A stretch of DNA of 41,803 nt from Oscillospiraceae bacterium (GTDB taxonomy: Bacteria > Bacillota > Clostridia > Oscillospirales > UBA929), in assembly GCA_031289065.1 (NCBI GenBank), contig JAITQI010000084.1, positions 1 to 41,803 of the forward strand. Direction: 5' to 3'. Numbering within the stretch: the stretch's first letter is position 1; every line of letters starts with the position of its first letter. The notes beneath the pieces were generated by a model. The model ran no database searches and was not told the origin of the DNA. It was given only the letters and a program-made list of their open reading frames with translations. The position numbers and the translations under genes are program-made. Below are positions 16,560-23,051 of this stretch, one piece after another.

Positions 16560-17870
16560 ATGAATCACAGCGTCACCCTGATCCGCGACAAATGCAAGGG
16601 CTGCACCACCTGCATCAAGCATTGCCCCACCGAGGCCATTCGGGTGCGGCGGGGCAAGGCCATCATTGTGGCCGAGAGGTGTATCGACTGTGGCCAGTGT
16701 ATCCGGGTCTGTCCTCACCACGCCAAGCGGGCGGTGTGCGACGGCTTGGATCGCCTGTCCGAGTTTGATTATACGGTGGCCCTGCCCGCGCCGTCCCTCT
16801 ATGGGCAGTTCCACAATTTGGACGATGTGAACATCGTGCTGGCCGCCCTTCTCGACATTGGGTTTGACGCCGTGTTCGAGGTGGCCCGGGCCGCCGAGAT
16901 CATCTCCGACATGACCCGGCAGGAGATGGGCACCCCCGGGGCCCTGCCCCGGCCGGTCATTTCCAGCGCCTGCCCGGCCTCGGTGCGGCTGATCTGCCAG
17001 CGGTTCCCCGGCCTGATGGCCAATGTGCTGCCCTTTATGGCCCCGGTGGAGCTGGCGTCGGTGCTGGCCCGGCGGGAGGCCATGAACAAGACCGGCCTGT
17101 CCCCCGAGCGCATCGGGGTGTTTTTCCTCACCCCCTGCCCGGCCAAGGCCACCGCCGTGCGCAACCCCATTGGGCTGGCCGCGCCGGTTATCGACGGGGC
17201 GATCGCCCTGTCGGAGCTCTATCTGCACCTGCTGCCCGTCATGAAAAAACGCCCCGACCTGCCCGACCTGGCCACCGCCGGGCTGATGGGCCTGGGCTGG
17301 GCGGTTTCGGGCGGGGAGAGCGCCGCGCTGCTGGGGGAGAGCTATCTGGCGGTGGACGGCATTGAAAATGTCATCCAGGTGCTGGAAGACATCGAGGACG
17401 GCAAGCTGCCCGAGGTGGAGTTTTTGGAGCTGTCCGCCTGCACCCAGGGCTGTGTGGGAGGCTGCCTGACGGTGGAAAATCCCTTCGCCGCCAAGGCCCG
17501 GATGAAACGGCTGATGAAGTTCCTGCCGGTCTCCCGGAACAAGGTGGGCCCCGGGGACAAGCCCCTGGCCTCCTGGGGGGCCTTCCTGTCCCACACCCCG
17601 GTCTTCCGTCTCGACGCCGACATGCAGGCCGCCCTGGAAAAACAGGCCCGCATCGAGGCCCTGGCCGCCCAACTGCCCGGGCTGGACTGTTCCTCCTGCG
17701 GCGCGCCCTCCTGCCGGAGCCTGGCGGAGGATGTGGTGCTGGGGTTCGCGTCGGAGGAGGATTGTATCTTCCGTATGCGGGAGCGGGTCATGTACCTGTC
17801 CGGCGACGGCGACGCGGAACAGTTTTTGCCGCCGCCGTTTCGGCGGGACCCGGGGGCGGGAGACAATTGA
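16560..17870 (+). CDS. [FeFe]-hydrogenase large-subunit-like protein: 2x[4Fe-4S] ferredoxin N-terminus, degenerate H-domain, C-terminal CxxCGxxxC Fe-S motif
   Basis: CKGCTTCIKHCP and CIDCGQCIRVCP. H-cluster-like motifs ISSACP, FLTPCPAK and ELSACTQGCVGG. C-terminal CSSCGAPSC. Ends ..GDN-stop inside the CAATTGA repeat. Confidence 0.85.
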   Translation: MNHSVTLIRDKCKGCTTCIKHCPTEAIRVRRGKAIIVAERCIDCGQCIRVCPHHAKRAVCDGLDRLSEFDYTVALPAPSLYGQFHNLDDVNIVLAALLDIGFDAVFEVARAAEIISDMTRQEMGTPGALPRPVISSACPASVRLICQRFPGLMANVLPFMAPVELASVLARREAMNKTGLSPERIGVFFLTPCPAKATAVRNPIGLAAPVIDGAIALSELYLHLLPVMKKRPDLPDLATAGLMGLGWAVSGGESAALLGESYLAVDGIENVIQVLEDIEDGKLPEVEFLELSACTQGCVGGCLTVENPFAAKARMKRLMKFLPVSRNKVGPGDKPLASWGAFLSHTPVFRLDADMQAALEKQARIEALAAQLPGLDCSSCGAPSCRSLAEDVVLGFASEEDCIFRMRERVMYLSGDGDAEQFLPPPFRRDPGAGDN

Positions 17871-17934
17871 CAATTGTCAATTAAGAATTAGAAATTATCG
17901 CGCTGGGGCGCGATTCCGCAATTTTTCATTCTTG
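17862..17934. repeat. 16-bp perfect palindrome ATTGACAATTGTCAAT fused to a half copy of family-A element, inside the operon
   Basis: GACAATTGACAATTGTCAATTAAGAATTAGAAATT ATCGCGC-TGGG-GCGCGAT TCCGCAATTTTTCATTCTTG. It lies between the hydrogenase-like gene and the second DRTGG gene. Confidence 0.8.
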
Positions 17935-17967
17935 TTTTTCCACATTAGCCACAGGGAAGGTGTTTTT

Positions 17968-18321
17968 TTGGGGGCGTTTGTTGTTTCTGCGTTGGCTGGG
18001 GCGTTGGGGCTGACGGTGTATGGCGGGTCGGAGGAGGCTTTGGGCCGGGCGGTGACCGGGGGGTACGCGGGGGATCTGCTCAGCTGGGTGATGGGCCGGG
18101 CCCCGGGCGGAGCGGCCTGGGTGACCATCATGTCCAACGTGAACGTGGCCGCCGTGGCGGTCATGGCCGATTTGCCCTGCGTCGTTCTGGCGGAGGGGGT
18201 TGCGCCCGACGAGGCCCTCCAGGCGCGGGCGTTGCGGGAAAACGTCGCCCTGCTGGGGTCCCCTTTGGGGACGTATGAGCTGTGCCACAGGCTTCACGGA
18301 CTGCTGACCGAGGGAGGCTGA
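17968..18321 (+). CDS. Second DRTGG domain-containing protein (117 aa if the TTG start is right)
   Basis: YAGDLLSWVMGRAPGGAAWVTIMSNVNVAAVAVMADLPCVVLAEGVAPDEALQARALRENVALLGS parallels the first DRTGG protein. TTG at 17968 with a GGGAAGG RBS 7 nt upstream. The start is uncertain. Confidence 0.7.
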   Translation: MGAFVVSALAGALGLTVYGGSEEALGRAVTGGYAGDLLSWVMGRAPGGAAWVTIMSNVNVAAVAVMADLPCVVLAEGVAPDEALQARALRENVALLGSPLGTYELCHRLHGLLTEGG

Positions 18322-18326
18322 CCGCC

Positions 18327-19049
18327 GTGACGCCGCTGTATTACGATTTGCACCTGCACTCCTGTCTGTCCCCCTGCGGCGACGAGGAGATGGCCCCCGG
18401 CAACATCGCCGGTATGGCGGCCCTGTGCGGACTGCAAGCCGTCGCCCTGTCCGACCACAACACCTGCGGCAACTGCGCCCCTTTTCTGGCGGCCGCCCGG
18501 GCCGTCGGCCTCATCGCCTTACCCGGCATGGAGCTGACCACCCGGGAAGAGGTGCATGTGCTCTGCCTGTTCCCCGGTCTGCCCGAAGCGGAGGCCTTCG
18601 CGGCCTATGTGTACGCCCGATTGCCCGACATCCCCAACGACGAGGCGGTGTTCGGCCCCCAGCTGTTCACGGGGGACGGGGACGCGCCCCAGGGCCGGGA
18701 ACCCCGGCTTCTCCTCTCGGCCGCCGATGTCGGCCTCTATGACACGGCGGCGCTGGTTCGGGCCCACGGCGGTCTGGCCATCCCCGCCCACATCGACCGG
18801 CCCTCCTTCTCCCTGCTGGCCAACCTGGGTTTTTACGACCCGGCCATGAATTTTCCCGTCATGGAACTGTCCCACCGGGCGGACGAAACCGCCCTGCGGG
18901 CGGCCCACCCCGAACTGGAGGGCGTGCGCTTTATCCGCAACTCCGACGCCCATCGCCTGGAGGACATCCGGGACGCGCAAAACGCCCTCCACGTTGGCGT
19001 TCCCACAGCGGAAGGGGTGTTGGGGGCGTTGGGATTAAGTAAGAATTAA
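18327..19049 (+). CDS. PHP (polymerase/histidinol phosphatase) family metal-dependent phosphoesterase
   Basis: YYDLHLHSCLSPCGD...ALSDHNT and PAHIDRP, NSDAH metal-ligand motifs. GAGGGAGG RBS before the GTG at 18327. Ends ..SKN-stop inside the repeat arm. Confidence 0.85.
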   Translation: MTPLYYDLHLHSCLSPCGDEEMAPGNIAGMAALCGLQAVALSDHNTCGNCAPFLAAARAVGLIALPGMELTTREEVHVLCLFPGLPEAEAFAAYVYARLPDIPNDEAVFGPQLFTGDGDAPQGREPRLLLSAADVGLYDTAALVRAHGGLAIPAHIDRPSFSLLANLGFYDPAMNFPVMELSHRADETALRAAHPELEGVRFIRNSDAHRLEDIRDAQNALHVGVPTAEGVLGALGLSKN

Positions 19050-19110
19050 GAATGAAGAATTAAAAATTGCGGTGCCGCTGCGCGGCTCCGAAATTTTTTC
19101 AGTCTTCATT
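19034..19110. repeat. Half copy of family-A element (GCCGC hairpin only)
   Basis: ATTAAGTAAGAATTAAGAATGAAGAATTAAAAATTGCGGT GCCGCTGCGCGGC TCCGAAATTTTTTCAGTCTTCATT. Confidence 0.8.
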
Positions 19111-19155
19111 CATCGGCATGCGTCCGCATTTGCTACAATGCCCGTTGGAGGTTTT

Positions 19156-19443
19156 ATGGCTATCAGACGAAAAAAGGTACCGCCGCCTCGGGAGGCGGTG
19201 GCGTTGCAGTATGACAAGGATCGGGACGCCGCGCCGCGGGTGGTGGCGGCCGGACGGGGCGCGACGGCGGAGCGCATTGTCTCCAAAGCCGAGGAGAGCG
19301 GCGTTCCCATTCACATGGATCCCGAACTGGCTCACACGCTCAATTTGCTGTCCATGGGCCAGGAAATCCCCGCGGAACTGTATCTGATCGTGGCCCAGGT
19401 GTTACTGTTCGTCACCGACATCGACGCGAAAATCGGGCGGTGA
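19156..19443 (+). CDS. FlhB/EscU C-terminal-domain-like small protein (YlqH-like), 95 aa
   Basis: GGAGG RBS. AVALQYDKDRDAAPRVVAAGRGATAERIVSKAEESGVPIHMDPELAHTL...IPAELYLIVAQVLLFV matches the FlhB C-terminal consensus. Confidence 0.8.
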   Translation: MAIRRKKVPPPREAVALQYDKDRDAAPRVVAAGRGATAERIVSKAEESGVPIHMDPELAHTLNLLSMGQEIPAELYLIVAQVLLFVTDIDAKIGR

Positions 19444-19465
19444 ACGGGGGGTACCCTCAAACAAC

Positions 19466-19515
19466 CGACAAAAGAGGCGGCGCAGCTTTGCTGCGCCGCC
19501 TCTTTTGTCGGTTTC
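19466..19515. terminator. Bidirectional intrinsic terminator (convergent ylqH-like and abrB)
   Basis: About 21-bp stem CGACAAAAGAGGCGGCGCAGC / GCTGCGCCGCCTCTTTTGTCG, flanked by an A-run and a T-run. Confidence 0.85.
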
Positions 19516-19524
19516 GGGGGAACG

Positions 19525-19773
19525 TCAGGGCTTGGCTTGGCCAATTTCCTTGGCGCAGGCGGGGCAAATGTTTTTGCCCTTGAAGTCGAAGACGTTTCTG
19601 TCGTTGCCACAGAAAGTGCAGGAGGGCTCATATTTGCGCAAGATGATGGACGGCCCTTCCACATAGATTTCCAAGGGGTCTTTCTCTGAAATATCCAATG
19701 TCCGACGCAGTTCGATGGGCAGGACGACCCGCCCCAACTCGTCCACTTTTCTGACGATACCTGTGGATTTCAT
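19525..19773 (-). CDS. abrB: AbrB/SpoVT-family transition-state regulator with C-terminal CxxC..CxxC
   Basis: MKSTGIVRKVDELGRVVLPIELRRTLDI...LEIYVEG..IILRK is the canonical SpoVT-AbrB swapped-hairpin N-domain. GGAGG RBS. Confidence 0.9.
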   Translation of the reverse strand: MKSTGIVRKVDELGRVVLPIELRRTLDISEKDPLEIYVEGPSIILRKYEPSCTFCGNDRNVFDFKGKNICPACAKEIGQAKP

Positions 19774-19802
19774 CCGATTTTACCTCCATTCCGTTCTTGA
19801 AA

Positions 19803-19830
19803 ATTGTACGCCAATGCCTTGGCGCGTCAA
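19803..19830 (-). promoter_or_regulatory. Sigma-A-type promoter of abrB
   Basis: On the minus strand: TTGACG (19830-19825), 16 nt, TACAAT (19808-19803). Confidence 0.55.
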
Positions 19831-20138
19831 AACCCGGGTTGCGGGTTTTTTTGTTTGGATGCACATGATGTCTCCCGCGTCAAATCCGGGCGGAACCGCC
19901 TCACTTTCGACCTCGTCGCGTTACTACGCGAAAGCGTTTCCGTTTCCGCCAGGGTGCGCCCCGCCCGGTGGCCACAGACGGCGCCTACTCCGCCTTGCCG
20001 TGGGTGAAGGGCTGCCGATACCGGTCTTTGACGGCGGTTATTCGAGGGGCAAACCGCCTCGCCGGAAAGACACGGGCTCGGGCCAAGATGTCGAGATAGC
20101 TTGAAATTGCTTGGGTTTTTGCGATATTTCACCTTTGC
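19826..20138 (-). ncRNA. Candidate unclassified ncRNA or long structured transcript (about 300 nt)
   Basis: It starts about 7 nt downstream of a consensus promoter (20174-20145) and ends at hairpin AAAACCCG-5 nt-CGGGTTTT (19829-19849). It is GC-rich with nested helices and has no RBS-preceded or protein-like ORF. Confidence 0.3.
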
Positions 20139-20144
20139 ATTAAT

Positions 20145-20174
20145 ATCATATCACAGGGCGTCAGAATTTGTCAA
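20145..20174 (-). promoter_or_regulatory. Strong sigma-A-type promoter with no CDS behind it
   Basis: On the minus strand: TTGACA (20174-20169), 18 nt, (TGA)TATGAT (20150-20145). Confidence 0.55.
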
Positions 20175-20302
20175 GAAAAATGCAATATTTTGGGAAGGGA
20201 ACTTGTGGGGCGGGGGAGCCCTATGAAAATCAGGGGCGTCTAACCGTCCGCCTGTCCCCATACACTGTAACAGATTGTGATTTGCGGAGGGGGCGCGTGG
20301 GG

Positions 20303-20884
20303 ATGGTACTGTCCTGGGTGTGGCTGGGGATGGCGGCGGTGTCGGTGGTGTTTGGTTTGCTCACCGGGCGGATCGAGGCGGTGTCCCGGGGGGCGCTGGA
20401 AGGGGCGGGGGCGGCGGTGCAGCTGTGTATCGCCATGGCGGGGGTGCTCTGCCTGTGGAGCGGGATCATGGAGGTCATGCGGCGGTGCGGTTTGGCGGGG
20501 GGGCTGGCCCGGCTGCTCCGGGGGCCGCTGGGCCTGCTGTTCCCCGGCGCCCGGGGGGACGGAGAGGCGATGGAGGCCCTTTCGGCCAACGTTTCGGCCA
20601 ACCTCCTGGGGCTGGGCAACGCCGCCACCCCGTTGGGCCTGAGGGCCGCCCGCCGGCTGCACACCCTGTCCGGCGGCGGCCGGTCGGCGTCCAACGATCT
20701 GTGTATGCTGGTGGTGCTCAACACCGCCTCCCTCCAGCTCGTCCCGGCCACGGTGGCGGGGGTGCGGACGGCGGCGGGTTCGGCCGCCCCCTTTGACATT
20801 CTGCCCGCCGTCTGGGTGACCTCGGTCTGCTCGGTGCTGGTGGGGGTGCTGGCGGCCAAATTGCTGTCCCGGACGTGGAGGTGA
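20303..20884 (+). CDS. spmA: Spore maturation protein A (nucleoside-recognition/Gate domain membrane protein)
   Basis: MVLSWVWLGMAAVSVVFGLLTGR...LCLWSGIMEVM...ANLLGLGNAATPLGL is a typical SpmA. GGAGGGGG RBS before the ATG at 20303. Confidence 0.85.
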   Translation: MVLSWVWLGMAAVSVVFGLLTGRIEAVSRGALEGAGAAVQLCIAMAGVLCLWSGIMEVMRRCGLAGGLARLLRGPLGLLFPGARGDGEAMEALSANVSANLLGLGNAATPLGLRAARRLHTLSGGGRSASNDLCMLVVLNTASLQLVPATVAGVRTAAGSAAPFDILPAVWVTSVCSVLVGVLAAKLLSRTWR

Positions 20885-20888
20885 GGCG

Positions 20889-21404
20889 GTGAACAGTCTG
20901 CTGGCCGCCGTGGTGCCCCTCATTTTGGTGGGGGTGCCCGGCTGGGCCGCCCTGCGGGGCGCCGACGTCTTCAAAGCCCTCACCGACGGGGCCGCCCAGG
21001 GCCTGTCCCTGTTCAAAACCCTGGCCCCCACCCTGGTGGCGCTGATGACCGGCATCACCATGCTCCGCGCCTCCGGGGCGCTGGACGCGGCGGCCCAGCT
21101 GCTGCGCCCCCTGACCGCCGCCCTGGGCATCCCCGCCGAATGCACACCCCTGCTGCTGCTGCGCCCGGTTTCGGGCAGCGGGGCGCTGGCGGTGGGGGCG
21201 GAGATCATGAAAAATTTCGGCGCGGACTCCCTGGTGGGTCGGACGGCGGCGGTCATGCTGGGCTCCTCGGAGACCACGTTTTACACCATAGGGGTCTATT
21301 TCGGGGCCACCGGCGTCGCCCGGGGGCGTCATGTTTTGGTCTGCGCCCTGCTGGCGGATTTGACCGTCTTTTTGGTGGCGGGATGGGCGGCGAGGGTACT
21401 GTAA
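20889..21404 (+). CDS. spmB: Spore maturation protein B
   Basis: Paired directly with spmA (GGAGG RBS, GTG start). LRPVSGSGALAV...VMLGSSETTFYTIGVYFG is characteristic. Confidence 0.85.
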   Translation: MNSLLAAVVPLILVGVPGWAALRGADVFKALTDGAAQGLSLFKTLAPTLVALMTGITMLRASGALDAAAQLLRPLTAALGIPAECTPLLLLRPVSGSGALAVGAEIMKNFGADSLVGRTAAVMLGSSETTFYTIGVYFGATGVARGRHVLVCALLADLTVFLVAGWAARVL

Positions 21405-21416
21405 GCAGGAAGTAGC

Positions 21417-21446
21417 AATTAAAAATTGCGGAGCCGCTGCGCGGCG
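21417..21446. repeat. Truncated copy of family-A element
   Basis: AATTAAAAATTGCGGAGCCGCTGCGCGGC is identical to the left part of the copy at 38811. The remainder is degenerate. Confidence 0.65.
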
Positions 21447-21571
21447 TTGGATTTTGGGGTTCGGGTTTTTAGTGCTGTCCAGTTGATGGTGGGGACGAGT
21501 GATTTCTTCGGGGCAAAATATATTTGCTCCGGGGGCGAAAAGATGGTACAATATCGGTGGTAATAAAGGAG

Positions 21572-22825
21572 ATGAGAAGATTGGATATTTTTCAGAAATG
21601 CCATGAATTTACGCGGGCGGACGAGGCGCGGGCCGCCGGGTTGTACCCCTTTTCCCATGAGATTACGTCCCGGCAGCACGCCGAGGTGACCATGTATGGG
21701 CGGCGCACCGTCATGCTGGGCTCCAACAACTACCTGGGCCTGACCAGCGACGACCGGGTCATCGAGGCGGCTAAACGAGCCCTGGACGCTTATGGGACAG
21801 GCTGTTCCGGTTCGCGGCACCTGAACGGCACCCTGACCATTCACAACGAGATGGAGCGGCAGCTGGCCGATTTTTTCGGCAAGGCGGAGGTCATGAGCTT
21901 TTCCACCGGCTTCCAGACCAATCTGGGCATCCTGGCCGGTCTGTGTTCCCGGCATGACAATATTTATTCGGACAGGGCCAACCACGCCTCCCTGGTGGAC
22001 GGCGGCCGTCTGAGCTTCGGGCAGGTGCGCAAATTCCCCCACAACGACATGGTCGCCCTGGAGGAGCTGCTGGCCCGCTGCCCGGAGGACCGGGGCAAGC
22101 TCATCGCGGTGGACGGCGTGTTTTCCATGGAGGGCGATTTGGCCGACCTGCCCAACCTCGTCCGCCTCAAAAAGAAATACGGGGCGCGCCTACTGGTGGA
22201 TGACTCCCACGGCGCGGGCGTCATGGGCCCCACCGGCCGGGGCGTCGGCGAATATTTCGGCCTGATGGACGACATCGACCTGTACATGGGCACCTTCAGC
22301 AAGTCCTTCGCGAGCCTGGGCGGCTTCGTGGCCGGGGACCATGTGGTCATCGACTACCTGAAGCACAGCTCCCGGCCCTACATATTCAGCGCCTCCATGC
22401 CGCCGTCCAACGTGGCCGCCGTCATGGAAGCCCTGCGCATCCTGAAAGAGGAACCCGACCGCCCCCGCCGGGTCAACGAAAACGCCGACTACATGCGCCG
22501 GGAACTGCGCCGCTTGGGCCTGCCCAGCAGGGACTCCATCGCCCCCATCATCCCCATCTCCGCCTACCTGGACGACCGCACCTTCGTGGTCACCCGCGCC
22601 CTGCTGGAGCACGGGGTCTATGTCAATCCGGTCATCTCCCCGGCGGTGCCGGTGGGCGACGCCATCGTGCGCACCAGCTATATCGCCACCCACACCAAGG
22701 AACAGCTTGACTTCGCCCTGGAGCAGCTCGCCGAAGTGCTGCTGCGGCTCTATCCGATTTCCGCGGAGGAGATCGAGGTGGCCCGGCAAGCGGCGGCGGC
22801 GGCGGCCGAGGCCGAGGGCAATTAA
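21572..22825 (+). CDS. PLP-dependent alpha-oxoamine synthase, serine-palmitoyltransferase-like
   Basis: LGSNNYLGL, GCSGSRHLNGT, DDSHGAG and GTFSKS (PLP lysine), plus a long N-terminal extension as in SPT/CqsA-type enzymes. The start is ATG 21572 or TTG 21581. Ends ..EGN-stop in the repeat arm. Confidence 0.85.
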   Translation: MRRLDIFQKCHEFTRADEARAAGLYPFSHEITSRQHAEVTMYGRRTVMLGSNNYLGLTSDDRVIEAAKRALDAYGTGCSGSRHLNGTLTIHNEMERQLADFFGKAEVMSFSTGFQTNLGILAGLCSRHDNIYSDRANHASLVDGGRLSFGQVRKFPHNDMVALEELLARCPEDRGKLIAVDGVFSMEGDLADLPNLVRLKKKYGARLLVDDSHGAGVMGPTGRGVGEYFGLMDDIDLYMGTFSKSFASLGGFVAGDHVVIDYLKHSSRPYIFSASMPPSNVAAVMEALRILKEEPDRPRRVNENADYMRRELRRLGLPSRDSIAPIIPISAYLDDRTFVVTRALLEHGVYVNPVISPAVPVGDAIVRTSYIATHTKEQLDFALEQLAEVLLRLYPISAEEIEVARQAAAAAAEAEGN

Positions 22826-22869
22826 GAATTATATCCCTCGGGGTACAGGCGGAATTAAGATTGAGATTT
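22820..22869. repeat. Family-A variant with the CCCTCGGGG sub-module
   Basis: AATTAAGAATTATATCCCTCGGGGTACAGGCGGAATTAAGATTGAGATTT matches 2216-2264 of the first copy. Confidence 0.75.
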
Positions 22870-22870
22870 G

Positions 22871-22900
22871 AGGCGGCTTGGGGGGCCGCCTTTTTTCTTT
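22871..22900 (+). terminator. Intrinsic terminator after the alpha-oxoamine synthase gene
   Basis: AGGCGGC-7 nt-GCCGCCT followed by TTTTTTCTTTT. Confidence 0.75.
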
Positions 22901-22936
22901 TATTGGGGGGTGTCAACATTCTTCGTCGGCTTGCCT

Positions 22937-22963
22937 TTAGAAACCCGGCGAAGTTTCCGATAT
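22937..22963 (+). promoter_or_regulatory. Possible sigma-D/sigma-28-type promoter of cheV
   Basis: TTAG-N15-TCCGATAT, compared with consensus TAAA-N15-GCCGATAT. About 90 nt upstream of cheV. Confidence 0.35.
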
Positions 22964-23051
22964 ATATAACGTATCACACGGTTTATATCCGGCGGCGCGG
23001 GTGCGCGGCGGGAAATAGGCCGACGGATCAAGCCGATAAGGAGGCTTCGTT

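Noticed and set aside
13601-17873. Large minus-strand ORFs (13601..15160, 14866..15747, 16012..16530, 16527..17873)
   Set aside because: They lie antisense to five motif-supported genes. Their composition (G/R/P/H-rich) and lack of RBSs indicate artefacts.
19827-20132. 101-aa ORF behind the orphan promoter
   Set aside because: The GTG start is directly abutted by the only purine run, so there is no spacing. The product is extremely basic and Ser/Arg/Pro-rich and not protein-like.
19826-20138. Identification of the candidate RNA as SRP RNA, RNase P RNA, tmRNA, a c-di-GMP-I riboswitch or a cobalamin riboswitch
   Set aside because: It lacks the GGAA-tetraloop helix-8 motif (..GGUCCGGAAGGAAGCAGC..), the GAGGAAAGUCC P4 motif, a tRNA-like ..CCACCA end and the B12 box. 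GGGGCAAACCGCC resembles the GEMM-I GGCAAACC word, but the paired ACGCAAAGCC half is missing.
20259-20266. Sporulation sigma-E/sigma-K-type -10 (CATACACT) upstream of spmA
   Set aside because: The -10-like octamer is present, but no acceptable -35 element lies at the right spacing. An 8-mer alone is insufficient evidence.
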